From assembly GCA_037132055.1 (NCBI GenBank), contig JBAXPX010000001.1:5424-69423 (forward strand): 64,000 nucleotides of DNA, written 5' to 3'. The position numbers and the translations under genes were made by a program. The stretch is from a bacterium (GTDB taxonomy: Bacteria; Patescibacteriota; Minisyncoccia; Phycocordibacterales; UBA9973). The stretch's first letter is position 1. Each line of letters starts with the position of its first letter. Shown here in pieces: positions 60,156 through 64,000 of the stretch. The notes below the pieces were generated by a model. That model saw only the letters and a program-made list of their open reading frames with translations, was not told where the DNA came from and searched no databases.

Positions 60156-61790
60156 CATTTGGAAATTGGGTTCCCCGCGAAAAAATGCGTCGGGGCGAAG
60201 CACCGACGACTGGGCTGAATTCCCGCCAAACCCCGCCCCCGCAAGGATTTCCCACACGGCGGAGCGCTCTTCGTTACCAATACAAAATATATGAATCAAA
60301 CCAAAAAATTTTTTATATATACTCGCAAGTCGACGGACGACAAAGACCATCAGATTAGAAGTATTTCTGATCAGCTTTCCGAATTGAAAGAATTAGCGTT
60401 GAAAGAACGATTAGAAATAGTTGATATCTTTGTCGAGAAGCAGTCTGCCAAAATACCAGGCCGTCCGATATTTAACGAAATGCTAGAACGTATGGAGAAA
60501 GGCGAAGCATCTGGTATTTTGGCGTGGCATCCTGATAGACTTGCGAGAAACTCGGTAGATGGAGGAAAAGTCATCTACCTCGTTGATACCGAAGTTATAA
60601 AAGATTTAAAATTTTCGACTTTTTGGTTTGATCCGACACCGCAAGGCAAATTTATGCTTTCAATCGCTTTTTCCCAATCCAAATATTATGTGGATAATTT
60701 ATCAGAGAATATTAAACGCGGACAAAGAAACAAAGTGAAGGAAGGAATATGGCCTCAAAATGCTCCGCTTGGTTATGTAAATAAAGAAGGTGGTGGAATT
60801 GAGCCAAATATTATTCTTGCTCCACTTATTAAAAAAGCATTTGAGGCCTATGCAACAGGCAACTTCACTTTGCGACAAGTCCGCGATAAATTTAACGCAC
60901 TTGGTTTAACAGGAAAAAGCGATGGAGACCTTTCGGTGTCTAATTATCAAAAACTTTTAAGAAATCCGATTTTTACGGGAATGATGAGATATAACGGCGA
61001 AATTTACGAAGGCAAACACGAACCGATTATTTCAAAGAAACTTTTTGATTCCGTTGCCGAAGTGATGAGTAAAAAATCTAAATCGCATAGCAAAGGATTG
61101 AAGCCGTATATTTATCGGGGATTTTTCCGTTGTGACGAATGTGGCTGTTTTATCACTACCGAACAACAAAAAGGTCATAACTATTTACGATGTACGAAAC
61201 GGAAAAATCCTTGCAATCAGAAATATACACGAGAAGAACTCATCACTTCCCAAATACAAGAAGAAATCAAAAAAGTTTCTTTGCCACTCGATTGGTTAGA
61301 ATGGATGATTGGTGAAAATAAAAAAGACCAATCACCCGAAGTAGAATCGAGTACGCTTTTTGTTGATAATGTAAAATCCGACATTTCTCTTTTAGAATCT
61401 AAAATTGAGAAGCTGATGACGATGTATTTAGAAAATGCCCTAACACTCGACGAATATCGCGATATGAAAAATAAGCTGATGAACGAAAAACAGCTTCTCA
61501 AAGAGAAATTGTCGGATTTAGAACAAAAAGCGAATAATCGGTTCGAACTTACCGAAAAGTTTTTGAAATTCAATATGGAATTGGTAAACGATAGAACAAA
61601 TGAAGAAAATATTCATTTGTTCAAAAAAGTCGGTTCGAACTTTAGAATAAAAGATCGAACACTCCTTTTTGAGCGCTCCGCCGTGTGGGAAATCCTTGCG
61701 GGGGCGGGGTTTGGCGGGAATTCAGCCCAGTCGTCGGTGCTTCGCCCCGACGCATTTTTTCGCGGGGAACCCAATTTCCAAATGTTGCGG
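60150..61790 (+). mobile_element. Recombinase unit 1: a large serine recombinase gene bounded by 120-bp perfect inverted repeats (IR-L 60150-60269, IR-R 61671-61790). IR-R abuts the 3' end of tRNA-Ser.
   Basis: The two 120-bp segments are exact reverse complements of each other. The recombinase ORF starts 21 nt after IR-L and reads into IR-R. Confidence 0.6.
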
Positions 61791-61814
61791 AGGGTACAGG
61801 ATTTGAACCTGTGA
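60291..61814 (+). CDS. Large serine recombinase (resolvase N-terminal domain, recombinase domain, zinc ribbon); its C-terminal ~48 codons are encoded by IR-R
   Basis: YTRKSTDDKD (catalytic Ser), WHPDRLARN, the recombinase-domain stretch LLRNPIFTGMMRYNGEIYEGKHEPIIS, and the zinc ribbon CDECGCF…YLRCTKRK. Confidence 0.75.
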   Translation: MNQTKKFFIYTRKSTDDKDHQIRSISDQLSELKELALKERLEIVDIFVEKQSAKIPGRPIFNEMLERMEKGEASGILAWHPDRLARNSVDGGKVIYLVDTEVIKDLKFSTFWFDPTPQGKFMLSIAFSQSKYYVDNLSENIKRGQRNKVKEGIWPQNAPLGYVNKEGGGIEPNIILAPLIKKAFEAYATGNFTLRQVRDKFNALGLTGKSDGDLSVSNYQKLLRNPIFTGMMRYNGEIYEGKHEPIISKKLFDSVAEVMSKKSKSHSKGLKPYIYRGFFRCDECGCFITTEQQKGHNYLRCTKRKNPCNQKYTREELITSQIQEEIKKVSLPLDWLEWMIGENKKDQSPEVESSTLFVDNVKSDISLLESKIEKLMTMYLENALTLDEYRDMKNKLMNEKQLLKEKLSDLEQKANNRFELTEKFLKFNMELVNDRTNEENIHLFKKVGSNFRIKDRTLLFERSAVWEILAGAGFGGNSAQSSVLRPDAFFRGEPNFQMLRRVQDLNL

Positions 61815-61874
61815 TCCACTTTCGCGGATTCCGGTTTTCGAAACCGGCGCCTTCAACCTCTCAGCCAACCCTCC
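61788..61874 (-). tRNA. tRNA-Ser (anticodon CGA), long variable arm
   Basis: Reverse complement GGAGGGTTGGCTGAGAGGTTGAAGGCGCCGGTTTCGAAAACCGGAATCCGCGAAAGTGGATCACAGGTTCAAATCCTGTACCCTCCG. The D-arm matches the type-II Ser tRNA pattern. Confidence 0.75.
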
Positions 61875-61936
61875 CCTATAATAAAATCTAACATTTTTTG
61901 CGATTTTTTCAAAAATAATATAGTATTAGAAAATAT

Positions 61937-62008
61937 GGCCCTATCGTCTAACGGTTAGGACATCGGCTTTTCAAGCCGGTAATCCGGGTTCGATTCCCGG
62001 TAGGGTCA
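61937..62008 (+). tRNA. tRNA-Glu (anticodon UUC)
   Basis: GGCCCTATCGTCTAACGGTTAGGACATCGGCTTTTCAAGCCGGTAATCCGGGTTCGATTCCCGGTAGGGTCA. Confidence 0.75.
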
Positions 62009-63668
62009 CCTAAAGAGAGATTGTGGAAATTAGAAATATGGAGCGGGTTTTCAAAATGAAAACTCGCACTGGGTAGCCCGCTTCCGCCCTTTGCGGAAGC
62101 GACAAAATCCCAAATCTCGCCAGAATGCATATGAATTGTTTTGTCCTTGATTTCAGGGTTAGAGCCAATTTTTTGAAAAAATTGCTTCCATTCAATTTGA
62201 TTGTCAGTTTTTTCCAAATCAACGGCTTCTTTCAAGGACAAAACCAAAATCCGCAAGGGTTCGATCCAATACTTTCTCTGTTGTCCAAAATCTTTCAAAC
62301 TTTCCTCAATTCCAGCTTTTTGACGAAGTAAAATATCTTTTCGTTCCAAATATTGTGAGCGTTCAATATCTCCGTCTAAATATATAGAAACAAGTTTATC
62401 TAGTTTTTCTTTAATTTCGGAAAGTTCAGATTTTAGATTTTGGACAACATTTCCTTTTTCTGAAATTGATTCTTGTTCCCATTCGTCAATTTTCTTTTCC
62501 ATTTTTTCAATTTCAGAAAAAGGAATTGACGCTTTTTGAAGCGAAGTTTTGATTTGTTCGGAGAGTGTGGATTCTGAAAGATACGGCTGAGAGCAAAAAC
62601 CTTTCTTTTTTGTGCAACGATAATAAATATAACGAGTACCAAAACGATTGATAGAATATTGAGCCGTAATCATACTTCCACACTCGCCACATTTGGCAAA
62701 ACCGAGAAAATGAAATGGATGAGCGATTTTAGATTTTCTCGGTTTTTGCCGAGACTTCAAAACTTTCTGCACTGCTTCAAAAAGTGTCGGAGAAAGTATT
62801 GGTTCAAAGCTTCCATTGTGCCATTCGTTATGATGTTTGATAAATCCTAAATATGCACGATTGGTAAGTAATCGCACAATGCAAGCTTTGGCAAGTGGCT
62901 TTCCTATTTTTGTGACAAGTCCTAAATCCGCCAAATACTTCGCTAGTCCTTCAATAGTGTAAATATTTTTTGAATATTCTTCAAAAGCTCTTACTACAAT
63001 TTTTGAATATACAGGATGAGGTTCAATAGTTTTAGTTTTTAAGTTATTTATATATCCATACGGAGCTTTTGTCAGCCATTCCCCACGGCGAAGTTTTTGG
63101 CGGATTCCTCGTTTTACATTTTCAACCAAGTTGTCAGAAAAATATTTGGATTGTCCGAAAGCCACTTGCAACATGAATTTCCCTTGCGGAGTTGGTTCAA
63201 ACCAAAACTGCGGAAAGCGCAAAGAAACAATTTTGCCAGTATCAACAAGATAGATAACTTTTCCACCATCAACACTATTTCTCGCTAATCGGTCAGGATG
63301 CCATGCTAATATTCCATTTGCTTCACCTTTTTCTATCTTATCTATCATTCTGGCAAATTGTTTTCGTCCTGTGGTCTTTGCGCTTTTCGATTCGGTAAAA
63401 GTTTCTTTTACTGAAATATTTTCTCTGCGAGCATATTCTTTCAATTCAAAAAGTTGAGCTTCAATACTCATTACTTGTTTATCGTCATCTTCCGTTGATT
63501 TTCTCGCGTAGAGAAAATATTTGTTTTGATTTGAGGAATTCATATGCATTCTGGCGAGATTTGGGATTTTGTCGCTTCCGCAAAGGGCGGAAGCGGGCTA
63601 CCCAGTGCGAGTTTTCATTTTGAAAACCCGCTCCATATTTCTAATTTCCACAATCTCTCTTTAGGTGA
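62006..63668 (-). mobile_element. Recombinase unit 2: a paralogous large serine recombinase gene bounded by ~132-bp perfect inverted repeats (IR-L 62006-62137, IR-R 63537-63668). IR-L begins within the last 3 nt of tRNA-Glu(UUC).
   Basis: Exact reverse-complement identity over about 130 bp. The repeat covers the recombinase start codon (ATGCATATG) at one end and the tRNA 3' end (TCACC) at the other. Confidence 0.6.
62138..63549 (-). CDS. Large serine recombinase, paralog of the 60291-61814 gene. The track's ORF extends to 61948 across IR-L and the tRNA; the true stop is uncertain.
   Basis: YARKSTEDDDKQ (catalytic Ser), GILAWHPDRLARNSVDGGKVIYLVDT (identical to the stretch in unit 1), recombinase domain, and the zinc ribbon CGECGSMITAQ…YYRCTKKK. 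Confidence 0.7.
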
Positions 63669-63712
63669 ACTAATTATATCATTTGCACGAATTTTTTACG
63701 AGAAAAACAAAT

Positions 63713-63790
63713 AGCGTGCCTCGTGCGTGCTACGCACGCCTGTGTGATACACAGTTTTCTCCAAAGGAGAAAACGAGGCACGCAATACGC
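63713..63790 (+). other. Perfect four-way-junction (cruciform) sequence: an 11-bp outer stem enclosing three triloop hairpins
   Basis: GCGTGCCTCGT [GCGTGC-tac-GCACGC] c [CTGTGT-gat-ACACAG] [TTTTCTCC-aaa-GGAGAAAA] ACGAGGCACGC. Confidence 0.55.
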
Positions 63791-63860
63791 CCCAACGGCT
63801 CAAATACTGGGAAATGAGCCGTTCAAGAAAAAATGGACTCGGTTTTCGAAACAATTTTGC

Positions 63861-64000
63861 GGGAGGAAGGATTCGCAAAACCGAGACTAATGTTTTTGAA
63901 ATTCGACGGGATTTGGGTTTCCGCCCCGCAGGAGGGTGCGGGAGGAATGCGGGGCGAATTTAATTTAAGCCTTTTAAAATTAACATATTTTTGATATGAT
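63861..64000 (+). ncRNA. ssrA: Possible 5' portion of tmRNA (ssrA) running off the window end; tentative
   Basis: ATTCGACGGGATTTG (63901-63915) is identical to the conserved 5' P2a segment of canonical tmRNA (AUUCGACGGGAUUUG). A pseudoknot-like CCGCCCCGCA…TGCGGGGCG follows, and GGGAGGAAGGATTCG is a possible but atypical 5' end. No GGGG acceptor start or 3' end is visible. Confidence 0.3.

Noticed and set aside
60060-60350. Minus-strand ORFs 60060-60350 and 60086-60280, plus-strand ORFs 60095-60358 and 61685-61891, and minus-strand ORF 61613-61819 inside the inverted repeats.
   Set aside because: All are read-throughs of the GC-rich, stop-poor inverted repeats or of the tRNA-Ser sequence. The same peptide (ERSAVWEILAGAGFGG…) appears from both repeat copies purely because the DNA is duplicated.
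63696-63878. Minus-strand 60-aa ORF over the cruciform region.
   Set aside because: It coincides with nested perfect hairpins and GC-rich structured sequence, so it is almost certainly non-coding.

Overview
This is an AT-rich, gene-dense bacterial chromosome segment with housekeeping content typical of a small-genome Patescibacteria/CPR-like organism; the lineage call is inference. On the minus strand there is a complete F1Fo ATP synthase operon (atpI-like, then atpB, E, F, H, A, G, D, C). A division and cell-wall cluster is also present (mraZ, rsmH, ftsL, ftsI, murF on the minus strand; ftsA, ftsZ on the plus strand), together with alr and ddl. Translation and housekeeping genes include lysS, gatB, obg, prfA, frr, rpmE, rpmG, rpsU, rplY, miaA, purD, pyrF and pyrE. 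Five tRNAs are present: Leu-CAA, Trp-CCA, Ile-GAU, Glu-CUC, Glu-UUC, and a Ser-CGA is a sixth. The region 60.1-63.7 kb is unusual. It holds two paralogous large serine recombinase genes, each enclosed by its own pair of perfectly identical inverted repeats of about 120 to 132 bp, and each abutting the 3' end of a tRNA gene. Immediately after them is a GC-rich cruciform and tmRNA-like structured region that runs off the window end. Other notable items are several families of small palindromic repeats, a tandem pair of paralogous cysteine-rich proteins, an HTH-MurA fusion, a degenerate PriA and a stacked-hairpin leader upstream of prfA; details are in the findings.
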